A stretch of 32,000 bases of DNA from the NCBI RefSeq assembly GCF_000175255.2, contig NC_017262.1:540001-572000 (forward strand), given 5' to 3'. Below are positions 9,827 through 19,905 of this stretch, one piece after another. This DNA is from Zymomonas mobilis subsp. mobilis ATCC 10988. Lineage in GTDB: Bacteria > Pseudomonadota > Alphaproteobacteria > Sphingomonadales > Sphingomonadaceae. Numbering within the stretch: position 1 is the first letter of the stretch; every line of letters starts with the position of its first letter. A program made the translations under genes and the position numbers. The notes beneath the pieces are model-generated. The model did not search any database, was not told the DNA's origin, and worked only from the letters and a program-made list of their open reading frames with translations.

Positions 9827-12031
9827 ATGACCGAAGAAAACAGCAGCATAACCGCCGAGACTGTGGCCAGTCATGGCTTATCCCCCGAAGAATATGACAC
9901 CATTAAGCAGGCACTGGGCAGAACGCCTAATTTGGTGGAATTAGGCATTTTTTCTGCCATGTGGTCAGAACATTGCTCTTATAAAAGTTCAAGGAAACAT
10001 TTAAGAGAGCTGCCGACCACAGGTTCGCAAGTCATTTGCGGCCCCGGTGAGAATGCCGGTGTTGTCGATATTGGTGATGGGCAAGCCGCCATTTTCAAAA
10101 TGGAAAGCCATAATCATCCCAGTTATATCGAACCCTATCAGGGTGCCGCCACCGGCGTTGGTGGTATTTTACGAGACGTCTTTACAATGGGCGCCCGTCC
10201 GGTTGCAAATTTGAACGCGCTTCGTTTTGGCAGCCCGAAACACCCGAAAACACCGCATTTGGTTTCAGGCGTTGTCGCTGGTATTGGCGGCTATGGCAAC
10301 TGTGTTGGTGTTCCAACGGTTGGCGGTGAAGTCAATTTTCATCCGGCTTATGATGGCAATAATCTGGTGAACGCCATGACGGTTGGCGTCGCCGAAACGA
10401 ACAAGATTTTCTATTCTGCTGCATCGGGCGCAGGAAACCCGATTGTTTATGTTGGTTCTAAAACGGGTCGTGACGGTATTCACGGCGCAACGATGGCTTC
10501 TGCCGATTTTGGTAAAGATGCCGAAGAAAAACGTCCAACGGTACAGGTGGGCGATCCCTTTTCTGAAAAACTCCTTATTGAAGCCTGCTTGGAATTGATG
10601 GCGTCTGATGCCATCGTCGCTATTCAGGATATGGGCGCCGCTGGTCTCACTTCCTCTGCCGTTGAAATGGCTTCCAAGGGTGAAGTCGGCATTGAATTAG
10701 ACATGGATATGGTGCCTTGCCGCGAAGAAGGCATGACTCCTTATGAAATGATGCTTTCCGAATCACAGGAACGCATGTTGATGGTCTTAAAGCCTGGACG
10801 TGAAGCCGAGGCAGAAGCCATCTTCAAAAAATGGGAACTTGATTTTGCTATCATCGGTCGCGTCACCGACAGCAAACATATGGTTCTGACATGGAAAGGG
10901 GATATTGTTTGCGATATTCCTTTGGCACCGCTCGCCGATAATGCCCCTTGCTACGATCGCCCTTGGGTTGCAACGCCCAAAGCCAAGGCCTTAGACGTTG
11001 TTCCTGCATCCGGTTCTATCACTGACAATCTGGTAACCTTGGTCGGTTCTCCAGATCTTGCCAGCCGCCGCTGGATCTGGGAACAATATGATAATATGGT
11101 TGGTGCCGACACCGTTCAATGTCCGGGTGGTGATGCCGCGGTTGTCCGAGTCCACGGCACCGAGAAAGCCTTGGCGATGAGTGTTGATGTCACGCCGCGC
11201 TATTGCCGGGCTGATCCCGAAGAAGGCGGCAAACAGGCCGTTGCCGAATGCTATCGCAATATTACAGCGGTGGGTGCTTTGCCTTTGGCTTCAACGGACT
11301 GCCTGAATTTCGGTAATCCTGAACGCCCTGAAATTATGGGTCAAATCGTCGGTGCGATTAAAGGAATCGGTGAAGCCTGCCGCGCCTTGGATATGCCCAT
11401 CGTTTCAGGCAATGTTTCACTCTATAATGAAACACGTCAGGATGATAGTAGTAGCCTTGCTATTTTGCCCACGCCTACAATCGGTGGTGTCGGCCTTCTG
11501 CAGGATTGGCGGGATAGCACAACCATTGCCTTTAAAAATACCGGCGAAGAAATCTATCTGGTCGGTAATAGCGGCCAAGGCCATTTAGGTCAGTCGATCT
11601 GGCTGCGTGAAATAGCCGGTCGTGAGGAAGGTACCGCCCCATCCGTTGATCTGGCACAGGAAAAAGCCACGGGCGATTTTATCCGTGCTATGATTCAGGA
11701 CGGAATGCTCTGCGCTGTTCATGACATCAGTGATGGTGGCTTGGCAGTTGCTTTGGCTGAAATGGCTTTGGCGGGTAATATCGGCGCTACTGTCGAAGCG
11801 CATGATAAAGCCATTGCAGAACATGCCTATTATTTCGGTGAAGATCAGGGACGCTATTTGGTCTCTTCGACCAATGCCGTAGCTTTGGTTTCTGCCGCTG
11901 AAAAAGCAGGTATTCCGGTATTCCGTTTGGGTGTCACGGGTGGCGATGCTGTAGTTTTAAACAGCCAGTCGGTTTCACTTGAAAAATTACGGAAATCTCA
12001 TGAGGCTTTTCTGCCTGAATTGATGCAATAA
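9827..12031 (+). CDS. purL: Phosphoribosylformylglycinamidine synthase subunit PurL
   Basis: 734 aa small-type Pur[37 protein letters not shown] motifs. Confidence 0.96.
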   Translation: MTEENSSITAETVASHGLSPEEYDTIKQALGRTPNLVELGIFSAMWSEHCSYKSSRKHLRELPTTGSQVICGPGENAGVVDIGDGQAAIFKMESHNHPSYIEPYQGAATGVGGILRDVFTMGARPVANLNALRFGSPKHPKTPHLVSGVVAGIGGYGNCVGVPTVGGEVNFHPAYDGNNLVNAMTVGVAETNKIFYSAASGAGNPIVYVGSKTGRDGIHGATMASADFGKDAEEKRPTVQVGDPFSEKLLIEACLELMASDAIVAIQDMGAAGLTSSAVEMASKGEVGIELDMDMVPCREEGMTPYEMMLSESQERMLMVLKPGREAEAEAIFKKWELDFAIIGRVTDSKHMVLTWKGDIVCDIPLAPLADNAPCYDRPWVATPKAKALDVVPASGSITDNLVTLVGSPDLASRRWIWEQYDNMVGADTVQCPGGDAAVVRVHGTEKALAMSVDVTPRYCRADPEEGGKQAVAECYRNITAVGALPLASTDCLNFGNPERPEIMGQIVGAIKGIGEACRALDMPIVSGNVSLYNETRQDDSSSLAILPTPTIGGVGLLQDWRDSTTIAFKNTGEEIYLVGNSGQGHLGQSIWLREIAGREEGTAPSVDLAQEKATGDFIRAMIQDGMLCAVHDISDGGLAVALAEMALAGNIGATVEAHDKAIAEHAYYFGEDQGRYLVSSTNAVALVSAAEKAGIPVFRLGVTGGDAVVLNSQSVSLEKLRKSHEAFLPELMQ

Positions 12032-12055
12032 ATAGCCCTTAAAAACGGATATTAA

Positions 12056-12090
12056 AAAGGGCTTGGATTTTTCCAAGCCCTTTCTTTTTT
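12056..12090 (+). terminator. Rho-independent terminator of purL
   Basis: AAAGGGCTTGG-(ATTTTT)-CCAAGCCCTTT followed by a T-rich tract. Confidence 0.85.
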
Positions 12091-12110
12091 CAATAACCAA
12101 ACTTCAATTT

Positions 12111-13424
12111 TTACCCTGCATGGGGTCGGCCAATGCCATGATAAACCAGTCCAGCCTTTTTCGCTTCTTCTTCCGTGTAAATATTCCGAAGGTCGAGTAA
12201 TAATGGTGTTTTCAGCAATCCGGCGATACGCTTCAAATCCAATGCTCGAAAAGCATCCCACTCTGTAACAATCACCAAAGCTTCGGCCTTTTCTGCGACT
12301 TTATAAGGCTCATCTTCAAAAACAACATTCGGCAATAACGGGCGCGCCTGCACCATACCTTCTGGGTCATAGGCATGAATAATCGCTCCCGCATCTTCTA
12401 ATCCCTGAATAAGGGCTAAAGAAGGCGCATCACGCATGTCATCGGTATTTGGCTTAAACGTTAACCCTAAAAGACCAATTTTTTGGCCTCTCATATCTTT
12501 GCCAATCGCCTGTAAAACCTTCCGGGCCATCGCTCTTTTGCGAATATTGTTGGCGGTCACGACTGATTCCACCACACGCAGAGGGGTTGCAAAATTTTCG
12601 GCCGTTTTCAAAAGGGCTAAGGTATCTTTTGGGAAACAAGACCCTCCATATCCGGGGCCTGCATGTAAAAATTTGGAACCAATACGATTGTCCGCACCAA
12701 TCCCACGGGCAACATCTTGAACATCCCCGCCAACCGCTTCACATAAATCAGCCATTTCGTTGATAAAGGTAATCTTCGTCGCCAAAAAAGCATTGGAAGC
12801 ATATTTTATTAATTCAGCCGATCGACGACTGGTAAATAAAATAGGCGACTGGTTCAGATAGAGCGGCCTATAAATTTCCTGCATAATCTCGCGGGCTTCA
12901 GGATTTTCTGTCCCGATAACAATACGATCAGGACGCTTAAAATCGCCAATAGCCGCACCTTCCCGTAAAAATTCAGGATTAGATGCTACCCAGATTTTTT
13001 TATCAGGCGCAATTTCTCGGATAATACGCTCGACTTCGTCCCCCGTCCCCACAGGAACCGTTGATTTATCGACCACCACCGTATTGTCTGAAACAGAAGC
13101 GGCTATTTCTTTCGCCGCTGCAAAAACATAGGATAAATCAGCATGGCCATCGCCTCGACGTGAAGGTGTGCCCACTGCAATAAAAACCGCATCCGCGTCT
13201 TTAACAGAAGAAGCCAAATCGTTGGAGAAGGAAAGCCGCCCAGCCTTAACATTATTGGCAACCATATCCGCAAGACCCGGCTCATAAATCGGCATAACGC
13301 CTTTTTGTAATAGCGCTATCTTCTCTTGGTCATGGTCAACACAGATGACATTATGACCGAAATCAGAAAAACAGGCGCCGGAAACCAGCCCGACATAGCC
13401 GGAACCGATCATGGTAATGCGCAT
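12111..13424 (-). CDS. ugd: UDP-glucose 6-dehydrogenase
   Basis: 437 aa. N-terminal GSGYVGLVSGACF Rossmann motif, NPEFLREGAAI, GPGYGGSCFPKD catalytic Cys motif. Confidence 0.93.
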   Translation of the reverse strand: MRITMIGSGYVGLVSGACFSDFGHNVICVDHDQEKIALLQKGVMPIYEPGLADMVANNVKAGRLSFSNDLASSVKDADAVFIAVGTPSRRGDGHADLSYVFAAAKEIAASVSDNTVVVDKSTVPVGTGDEVERIIREIAPDKKIWVASNPEFLREGAAIGDFKRPDRIVIGTENPEAREIMQEIYRPLYLNQSPILFTSRRSAELIKYASNAFLATKITFINEMADLCEAVGGDVQDVARGIGADNRIGSKFLHAGPGYGGSCFPKDTLALLKTAENFATPLRVVESVVTANNIRKRAMARKVLQAIGKDMRGQKIGLLGLTFKPNTDDMRDAPSLALIQGLEDAGAIIHAYDPEGMVQARPLLPNVVFEDEPYKVAEKAEALVIVTEWDAFRALDLKRIAGLLKTPLLLDLRNIYTEEEAKKAGLVYHGIGRPHAG

Positions 13425-13636
13425 AAAATTCTTATCCTTCTCCAGACCTGAACGGATAGCGCCTTATTCAGGTTTTGCTCTTTAGTCTTTTGCTAAAGTC
13501 ATTTTTCCAAGACGAGCATAAAAGGGCTGGAGATTTTTCAGAAAGCAAGAATTCCTCCCCTTCCGATCTATCTCCTAAAAAGCCCTCAAATCAGTTTATA
13601 AAAAGAAAACTGTGACAGGGATATGAATAGAAAGGA

Positions 13637-13993
13637 TCAATCCCCTAGATATTCAGCCCAACAATGGGGTGTTTCATAAACGGTAACGGCCGCCAACAGC
13701 GGCAAATCATTTTTGATTTTACGCCATATCCACTGGGAAATATTTTCAGCTGTTGGATTTTCCAAACCCGGAATATCATTCAAACAATAATGATCGAGCT
13801 GTTTCAGTACAGGGCCAAAGATATGCTCGACATCAAAAAAATCGACAACAAAACCGGTTTCAGGATTAACGGCCCCTTCCAGTCGCAACTCAACCCGATA
13901 ACTATGACCGTGTAACCGACGGCAACGATGGGTTTCCGGCACATGCGGCAGACGATGCGCGGCCTCGAAAGTAAAGGCTTGCGTGATTCTCAT
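13637..13993 (-). CDS. queD: 6-carboxytetrahydropterin synthase family protein
   Basis: 118 aa. FEAAHRLP, CRRLHGHSY (catalytic Cys and Zn His), DHYCLND and PTAEN motifs. Confidence 0.88.
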   Translation of the reverse strand: MRITQAFTFEAAHRLPHVPETHRCRRLHGHSYRVELRLEGAVNPETGFVVDFFDVEHIFGPVLKQLDHYCLNDIPGLENPTAENISQWIWRKIKNDLPLLAAVTVYETPHCWAEYLGD

Positions 13994-14148
13994 ATTTTTC
14001 TCGTGTCAGGTTAGAAGTTGATTCTTCGGTGAATAACCGGAACTCTCAAAATAATATAAGCCTTATAGCGACAAATCCTCGGAATATGCGTCTTTTTTCA
14101 CTTTAATTTAAATAAACTAAATATCAAACTTTTTATTGTGAAGGAAAA

Positions 14149-14187
14149 ATGCTCAATAAAATTGCTAATGATAGTATTTTGCAATAG
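14149..14187 (+). other. Possible 12-codon leader ORF
   Basis: ATG CTC AAT AAA ATT GCT AAT GAT AGT ATT TTG CAA TAG (MLNKIANDSILQ) preceded by AAGGA; located 61 nt upstream of the 14248 gene. Confidence 0.2.
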
Positions 14188-14247
14188 ACAGCCCTAAAAA
14201 GCTCTGCTAGATTTCAAATACCCACTAAGAATGATGAAGGCAGGAAA

Positions 14248-14448
14248 ATGCGGAATTTAATGTCACTTTTTGTTGCAGCGGGTATTTTGGCGATGGCACC
14301 GGCAAGCTATGCTCAGGCGTCCGCACCGAAATCAGCAAAAATGAAATGTCAGTGTCATTGTAAAAAAGGATGCTGTCATCACCATTCCGATCATCGAATG
14401 CATCATCACGATGAACCCAGTCCCAACACTCCAAAAACTGAAAGCTGA
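14248..14448 (+). CDS. Small secreted Cys/His-rich peptide (putative metal-binding)
   Basis: 66 aa with signal-peptide-like N-terminus (MRNLMSLFVAAGILAMAPASYA-QA) then KMKCQCHCKKGCCHHHSDHRMHHHDE. AGGAAA ribosome-binding site in front of ATG. Confidence 0.7.
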   Translation: MRNLMSLFVAAGILAMAPASYAQASAPKSAKMKCQCHCKKGCCHHHSDHRMHHHDEPSPNTPKTES

Positions 14449-14505
14449 TCTCTGATGTCCTAATTCTACCTTACCCTACTCTTTGCAGAATATAGTCAAC
14501 CCGAT

Positions 14506-14540
14506 AAAAGCCGGATATTTATATCCGGCTTTTATTGTTT
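14506..14540. terminator. Rho-independent terminator, near-symmetrical
   Basis: Perfect inverted repeat AAAAGCCGGATAT-TT-ATATCCGGCTTTT followed by ATTGTTT. Confidence 0.8.
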
Positions 14541-14574
14541 CAGCACTTAGCCTGATAGATTATCTTCTAGAAGA

Positions 14575-14650
14575 AGGATCACTCTGGATTGATTTTTTCA
14601 TCGACAAAAAGATCAGCTCATGACATTTTCTACACTGATCCTTTCAGGAG
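14575..14650 (+). promoter_or_regulatory. Candidate 5' leader with competing hairpins ahead of the 14660 gene
   Basis: TGATTTTTT/AAAAGATCA-type stem (14590-14615) competes with GATCAG(14611-14616)/CTGATC(14635-14640), and with AGGATCA(14575-14581)/TGATCCT(14636-14642), immediately upstream of the AGGAG SD at 14646-14650. Confidence 0.3.
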
Positions 14651-14659
14651 AATTTTTTA

Positions 14660-14899
14660 ATGCGTATTCTGCTCTCAGCTTTAACCGCCTTGGCGGTTGT
14701 TACCACCACCGCCGCCCCTGCATTCAGCGCACCTTGCCGCGATGGTCGTGGCCGTTTTGTCAAATGCGACGCTAGAAGACCCCTCCCGCCAAAACGCTGC
14801 CGCGATGGCCGCGGTAAATTCGCCAAATGCGATCTTGGTCGTGATGGCGACCGTCGCGGGCCTCGTGATGATCGCGGGCCTGACAATCGCGGCCGTTAA
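14660..14899 (+). CDS. Small secreted basic peptide with duplicated CRDGRG(R/K)F(V/A)KCD motif
   Basis: 79 aa. Signal-peptide-like N-terminus (MRILLSALTALAVVTTTAAPAFSA), strong SD (AGGAG), motif copies at 14735-14770 and 14798-14833, Arg/Asp/Gly-rich C-terminus. Confidence 0.75.
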   Translation: MRILLSALTALAVVTTTAAPAFSAPCRDGRGRFVKCDARRPLPPKRCRDGRGKFAKCDLGRDGDRRGPRDDRGPDNRGR

Positions 14900-14908
14900 T
14901 CCGGCAAA

Positions 14909-14937
14909 GGGGCTGACCAAGGTCAGCCTCTTTTTTT
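14909..14937 (+). terminator. Rho-independent terminator of the 14660 gene
   Basis: GGCTGACC-AA-GGTCAGCC followed by TC and seven T; its T-tract reaches into the convergent rmuC stop codon. Confidence 0.85.
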
Positions 14938-16282
14938 ACTCTTTATCCTCCATTCTTGGCGTAATTTCCAAGATGGGTGGTTCTTTGATCTCCTGTTCTT
15001 TGGTCTCAATATTCAATTCGCGAAATTTACGCGCCGTCACCAAAACACGGGATTCGAAAGAGCCGACAAATTTATTATAATTTTTAACGCTATTTTCTAA
15101 ACTATTGCCCAAAGCCCGCATATGGGCATCAACCTTGGCAATGCGTTCATATAACTCTTTACCTAATTCACCGATTTTTCTTGCATTATGGGCAATATCC
15201 TCTTGCCTCCAAACAGCCGCTACCGTGCGGGCAATGGCAATCAAATTCGTTGGCGTTGCCAATAACACCCGCTTTTGAAAGGCATATTCCCATAGATTAT
15301 GGTCTTGCTCCAAAGCAGCGGATAAGAAATGCTCACCCGGAATAAACATGATGACGTAATCGGGGGCTTCTTTGAACTGATCCCAATAATTTTTCTGGCT
15401 CAATCCATCAATATGCGCTTTGATTGCCTTGCTATGAGCTTGCAAATAAAGCTGCCTTTTATCCTCATCGACCGCATCATAGGCATCCTGATAGGCATTC
15501 AGGGAAACCTTGGAATCCACGACCAAAATCGAACCATTCGGGATTCGGATAATCGCATCTGGCCTTAACCGGCCTTTTTCACTATTAACGCTGACTTCGG
15601 TTTCAAAATCGACATATTCACTTAAACCACAGCTTTCCAAGACATTGCGAAGCTGCTGTTCGCCCCAACATCCACGCGCTTTTGGAGCCGTTCTCAACGC
15701 ATTGACCAGCTTATTGGCCTCGTTTTTAACGGCTTCTTGTCCCTCTCTCATGGTAGAAACCAATGCCGTCAGACTACCATATTCCGTCTGTCTTAACTGC
15801 TCCGCTTCTTTTACCGAGGCTTCATAGCGTTTCAGACTGTCTTTTACGGGTTGTAATAATAATTCAAGCTTGGCCTCACCCTCGCGCTCGGATTTAGCAA
15901 AGCGCATCTGGGCTTGTTCCAAAAATTGGCCATGGGCTTTTTCAAGGGTTTTCGCCGCCAAACTATCAAATTTCTGCGACAGAGCGTCTTCCGTGGCCTT
16001 CAACTGTTCAATTTGTTGGCGATAAGCTTTTTCGCGCTCTTCTTCGCCACGCTTATTGGCAGCCTGCTCCGCCATCAATAGCGAAGCTTTTTCGCGCCAG
16101 CTTTCTACCGCCTGTTCCAAAGCCGGTATTCTTCTTGCCTGTTCTTCTGCTTTTGCCCCTTCCAAGACCCGTGCCTGCAAGCCATCTAAGGCTGTTTTTT
16201 GTTGCCGGATATACCAAAGAAGCGGCAAGCCTGCGATTATCAACCCGAATAAAAAAGCCAGAAAAGGCAAAAAAGCGGTCAT
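14936..16282 (-). CDS. rmuC: DNA recombination protein RmuC homologue
   Basis: 448 aa. N-terminal TM, long coiled coil, then RmuC domain (GCWGEQQLRNVLESCGL, PDAIIRIPNG, DSKVSLNAY). Confidence 0.92.
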   Translation of the reverse strand: MTAFLPFLAFLFGLIIAGLPLLWYIRQQKTALDGLQARVLEGAKAEEQARRIPALEQAVESWREKASLLMAEQAANKRGEEEREKAYRQQIEQLKATEDALSQKFDSLAAKTLEKAHGQFLEQAQMRFAKSEREGEAKLELLLQPVKDSLKRYEASVKEAEQLRQTEYGSLTALVSTMREGQEAVKNEANKLVNALRTAPKARGCWGEQQLRNVLESCGLSEYVDFETEVSVNSEKGRLRPDAIIRIPNGSILVVDSKVSLNAYQDAYDAVDEDKRQLYLQAHSKAIKAHIDGLSQKNYWDQFKEAPDYVIMFIPGEHFLSAALEQDHNLWEYAFQKRVLLATPTNLIAIARTVAAVWRQEDIAHNARKIGELGKELYERIAKVDAHMRALGNSLENSVKNYNKFVGSFESRVLVTARKFRELNIETKEQEIKEPPILEITPRMEDKE

Positions 16283-16366
16283 TCTCTATCCATTTTAAAA
16301 AGAAGCCGGAAGGCAAAAACAAGGTTCAAGCTTTCCGGTCACAGGCTTCTTTTGATTCTCAGAAAC

Positions 16367-16900
16367 TCAGTAGGAATCTTCCCGTAATTTCCGCTCTTTC
16401 AACAGTTTCTTCATCAACATGCCACGCTTCAACCGCGATAAATGATCAATGAATAAAATGCCTTCCAAGTGATCCATTTCATGCTGAAGACAGGTTGCCA
16501 ACAAACCTTCAATCCGCTCTTCATGGAAATTACCGTCTCTATCCTGCCATTTGGCATTGATAACGGAAGGTCTTCTCACTTCGGCATATTGATCGGGGAC
16601 AGATAGACAGCCTTCATTATAAAGGCGTTTTTCTTCGCCTTCCGGTGTCAATTCGGGATTGATAAAGACCATCGGGTTGCGCTTGGCTTCGCCACCTTCT
16701 TCGGGCTGCTGTAAATCAATTACCAATAATCTTTTGGCAACGCCGACCTGAATAGCCGCCAATCCGATGCCGGGGGCTTTATACATAGTTTCAAACATGT
16801 CATCGATCAGACGCTGCAAATTGTCGTCAAAGACTTCGACCACAGTCGATTTTTCACGCAAACGCGGATCAGGTACTTCCAGAATGGGCAATAAAGCCAT
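16367..16900 (-). CDS. def: Peptide deformylase
   Basis: Start at [15 protein letters not shown] (16900). [17 protein letters not shown] and QHEMDHLEG motifs. Confidence 0.95.
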   Translation of the reverse strand: MALLPILEVPDPRLREKSTVVEVFDDNLQRLIDDMFETMYKAPGIGLAAIQVGVAKRLLVIDLQQPEEGGEAKRNPMVFINPELTPEGEEKRLYNEGCLSVPDQYAEVRRPSVINAKWQDRDGNFHEERIEGLLATCLQHEMDHLEGILFIDHLSRLKRGMLMKKLLKERKLREDSY

Positions 16901-16922
16901 AATTACTTTCTCAAAATAAAGG

Positions 16923-17519
16923 TCATGATACAGGTCGTCTGGCACGCAAAGCTTGCGCTAAAGTGCCATCATCTAAATAGTCAAGCTCCCCTCCTACAGG
17001 AAGACCATGCGCCAATTGGGTAATTCTTACCGGATATTTTTCTAAACAATCCGTTATATAATGCGCGGTCGTCTGGCCTTCTAACGTGGCATTCATGGCC
17101 AAGACAACCTCTTTAATTTTTCCCGATTGAACCCGCTTCACAAGGGCATCAATCGACAGATCTTCGGGCGTTATCCCATCCAAGGCCGATAACCGCCCGC
17201 CAAGGACATGAAAGCGTCCCGCAAATAGACGTGACCGATCAAGCGCCCATAAATCAGCAACCTCTTCAACCACACACAGCAAGGCATCATCCCGCTTGGG
17301 GTCGGAACAGATCGAACAAGGATTGCAGCTATCAATATTGCCACATTCGGGGCAGATAACCAGCGACTGCTGCACCTCATCCAAAGCCTGCGCCAGATTA
17401 TAAAGTGCGGTTTCTCTCTTTTTAATCAGATACAACGCCGCCCGCCTTGCTGATCGCGGGCCCAATCCGGGCATAACAGCCAGACTCTTGATAAGATTTT
17501 CTATAGGAGAAGCAGACAT
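16923..17519 (-). CDS. recR: Recombination mediator protein RecR
   Basis: 198 aa. Helix-hairpin-helix region [17 protein letters not shown]4 zinc finger [16 protein letters not shown], Toprim region. Confidence 0.95.
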
Positions 17520-17585
17520 CTTTTATCAGATAAACCTTTATACAAAAATCGGTAGGGGCTTTCCGGCAGATAAAAAGCCAAAAAT

Positions 17586-17619
17586 GCGGTTATTTTTTAA
17601 GTATTTGTAAAATTACCGC
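17586..17619. promoter_or_regulatory. Hairpin in the recR/fmt divergent spacer, with duplicated ACCGCT
   Basis: GCGGT-T-ATTTT...AAAAT-T-ACCGC. A second ACCGCT copy follows nearby and could compete for GCGGT. Confidence 0.25.
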
Positions 17620-17665
17620 TATTCACCGCTTGCAATATGCGGCCATGCGCGCTTTTTCTCGCAAC

Positions 17666-18571
17666 ATGAAAATTATTTTTATGGGAACCCCCGATTTCGC
17701 CCTACCGACATTAAACGCCTTGGTTGATGCCGGACATGAGATAGTGGCTGTCTATTCCCAGCCCGCCAGACCTGCCGGACGCGGCAAAGCACCCCGCCCT
17801 TCTCCGGTTGAAAAACGGGCAAGGGAATTGGGCTTAAATGTCTATACGCCTGTTTCTCTGAAAGAAGCCGAAACACAGAAAATATTTGCTGATCACCAAG
17901 CCGATGTTGCGGTTGTCGCGGCCTATGGCCTGTTATTACCCAAGGCCATTCTTGAAATGCCGCGCCTTGGTTGTTTAAATGTGCATGGCTCTCTTCTCCC
18001 AAAATGGCGCGGCGCAGCCCCTGTCCAACGGGCGATCCTTGCTGGTGATCAAGAAAGCGGCGTAACTATCATGCAGATGGATCGCGGCCTTGATACCGGA
18101 GCAATGCTCAAAATAGAAAAAACGCCGATAGCGGATAAAAATGCGGGTGCTCTTTCGGACGAAATTGCCCATATCGGGGCAAAATTGATGGTCGAAGTGC
18201 TGGCACAGCCGGAACAATATCCGCCCGTCAAACAACCGGAAAGCGGCGAAAGCTACGCCGCTAAAATTGACAAAAGTGAAGCCTTAATCGACTTTTCCAA
18301 AGGTGCCGTGCAGACTGAACGGCAAATCCGCGCTTTTGCCCCCAAACCTGGGGCATTCTTCCTTTATAACGAGGAAAGAATACGCATCTTGGAAGCCCAT
18401 GTCCAAAATCAGGCCGGTGCCGTTGGTGAAACGCTCGATGATCATCTGTTAATCGGCTGTGGCAGCGATTCTCTCCAACCGGTCATTGTCCAGCGCGCCG
18501 GACGAAAAGCCATGAAACTGGAAGATATGCTGCGCGGTTTCGCCATTCCACGGGGAACGCGTCTTTCATGA
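17666..18571 (+). CDS. fmt: Methionyl-tRNA formyltransferase
   Basis: Start at [14 protein letters not shown] (17666). [20 protein letters not shown] motif. Confidence 0.95.
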   Translation: MKIIFMGTPDFALPTLNALVDAGHEIVAVYSQPARPAGRGKAPRPSPVEKRARELGLNVYTPVSLKEAETQKIFADHQADVAVVAAYGLLLPKAILEMPRLGCLNVHGSLLPKWRGAAPVQRAILAGDQESGVTIMQMDRGLDTGAMLKIEKTPIADKNAGALSDEIAHIGAKLMVEVLAQPEQYPPVKQPESGESYAAKIDKSEALIDFSKGAVQTERQIRAFAPKPGAFFLYNEERIRILEAHVQNQAGAVGETLDDHLLIGCGSDSLQPVIVQRAGRKAMKLEDMLRGFAIPRGTRLS

Positions 18572-19305
18572 ATCGCTATCGCCTTACCGTCGAATTTGAC
18601 GGCCGGAACTTCATGGGCTGGCAACGTCAAAAACATGGGGCAACCATCCAAGGCTCTATCGAAGAAGCGGGCGCCTCCATCGCTGGACAACCTACCCCCG
18701 TTCAGGCCGCAGGCCGGACGGATGCCGGTGTTCATGGTTTGGCGATGACCGCCCATATTGACGTTGCCCGTGATTTTACTCCCTTTCGGCTAATGGAGGC
18801 TTTAAACGCCCGTTTAAAACCGCGCCCGATTGCTATTCTTTCTTGTGAACAGGTCGATCCTGAATGGCATGCACGTTTCTCCTGTATTGGTCGCCGCTAT
18901 CTTTACCGGATTATCAATCGTCGACCGCCTCTAACCTTGGAAGCCGGACGGGCTTGGCATGTGATAAAGCCGCTGGATGCCGAAACGATGGATATCGCCG
19001 CGAAAAGGCTTATCGGCCTTCATGATTTTACAACTTTCCGCTCGGTGCATTGTCAGTCAAAAAGTCCGGTTAAAACCCTCGATCACCTTGATGTCAGACG
19101 CATAGGCGACCAGATCGAAATCACCGCCGCTGCGCGTTCTTTTTTGCATCATCAAGTGCGCTCAATGGTTGGCTGTCTTGTTTTGGTCGGCCAAGGTCAA
19201 TGGACAGCCGATGATATGACCACTGCTTTAGAAGCGCGCAATCGTGCCGCCCTTGGCTTTAATGCGCCACCGGATGGCCTGTATTTTACGCAAGCCATTT
19301 ATTGA
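18568..19305 (+). CDS. truA: tRNA pseudouridine(38-40) synthase
   Basis: 245 aa. GRTDAGVHG catalytic motif. ATGA overlap with fmt. Confidence 0.95.
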   Translation: MNRYRLTVEFDGRNFMGWQRQKHGATIQGSIEEAGASIAGQPTPVQAAGRTDAGVHGLAMTAHIDVARDFTPFRLMEALNARLKPRPIAILSCEQVDPEWHARFSCIGRRYLYRIINRRPPLTLEAGRAWHVIKPLDAETMDIAAKRLIGLHDFTTFRSVHCQSKSPVKTLDHLDVRRIGDQIEITAAARSFLHHQVRSMVGCLVLVGQGQWTADDMTTALEARNRAALGFNAPPDGLYFTQAIY

Positions 19306-19319
19306 CTATAAGAAGCCCC

Positions 19320-19661
19320 ATGACAGAGACCACGCAAAACGAAGACTTACCCTATACCCCCGTTGAAGATGGCATCCGTCTGGCACTTCGGGTAACCGCC
19401 CGTGCCAGTAAAACCGGCATCACTATGTTCGATAAAGATACCGCTGGGCGGGGACTGTTCCGTATCCGTGTTGCAGCACCTCCGGTTGAGGGGGCTTCCA
19501 ATAAAAATCTGATGGCGTATCTCTCGAAAAGTTTTTCTGTCCCAAAAGGCGCAGTCAGGATAGAATCCGGCGAACATTCCAAAATCAAAATTTTACATAT
19601 TGCGGGGGATGTCAAACGGCTGACAGAAATTGCAGAAGATTTCATCAAAAAGGTCAGCTAA
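19320..19661 (+). CDS. DUF167 / YggU family protein
   Basis: IRLALRVTARASKTGI..., RIRVAAPPVEGASNKNLMAYLSK. Start likely MTETTQN at 19320. Confidence 0.85.
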   Translation: MTETTQNEDLPYTPVEDGIRLALRVTARASKTGITMFDKDTAGRGLFRIRVAAPPVEGASNKNLMAYLSKSFSVPKGAVRIESGEHSKIKILHIAGDVKRLTEIAEDFIKKVS

Positions 19662-19733
19662 TCCTAGCTATGACCTTCTGAAAAATGTCTTCTCTCAATA
19701 TGAGTAACGCCTCATAAGCCTTGAAAGACTAAC

Positions 19734-19773
19734 AAAAATCGTCCCTTTTTTGTAACAGAATGGGACGGTTTTT
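19734..19773 (+). terminator. Rho-independent terminator after the truA-DUF167 group
   Basis: AAAAATCGTCCC ... GGGACGGTTTTT stem (one G.U pair). Confidence 0.75.
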
Positions 19774-19905
19774 ATATTTCAGGCCAGATACTCCGCTATT
19801 CAATGCAGCATTCCAAACGGAATATTGATATAGGCGCAGGCCATCAAGCAGGCTTTAGAAAATCCCTCGCCAAGCAAACGGCAATAATTTACTGGCTATC
19901 CATAG

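Noticed and set aside
9703-9897. 64 aa ORF overlapping the purL start
   Set aside because: Out of frame with purL, overlaps its 5' end and the promoter region; no domain.
14644-14920. Minus-strand ORFs of 80 and 79 aa
   Set aside because: Complementary to the CRDGRG peptide gene, which has a strong SD, a signal peptide and a terminator in the plus orientation.
14697-15080. 127 aa plus-strand ORF
   Set aside because: Out of frame with the 14660 gene, crosses its terminator and runs antisense into rmuC.
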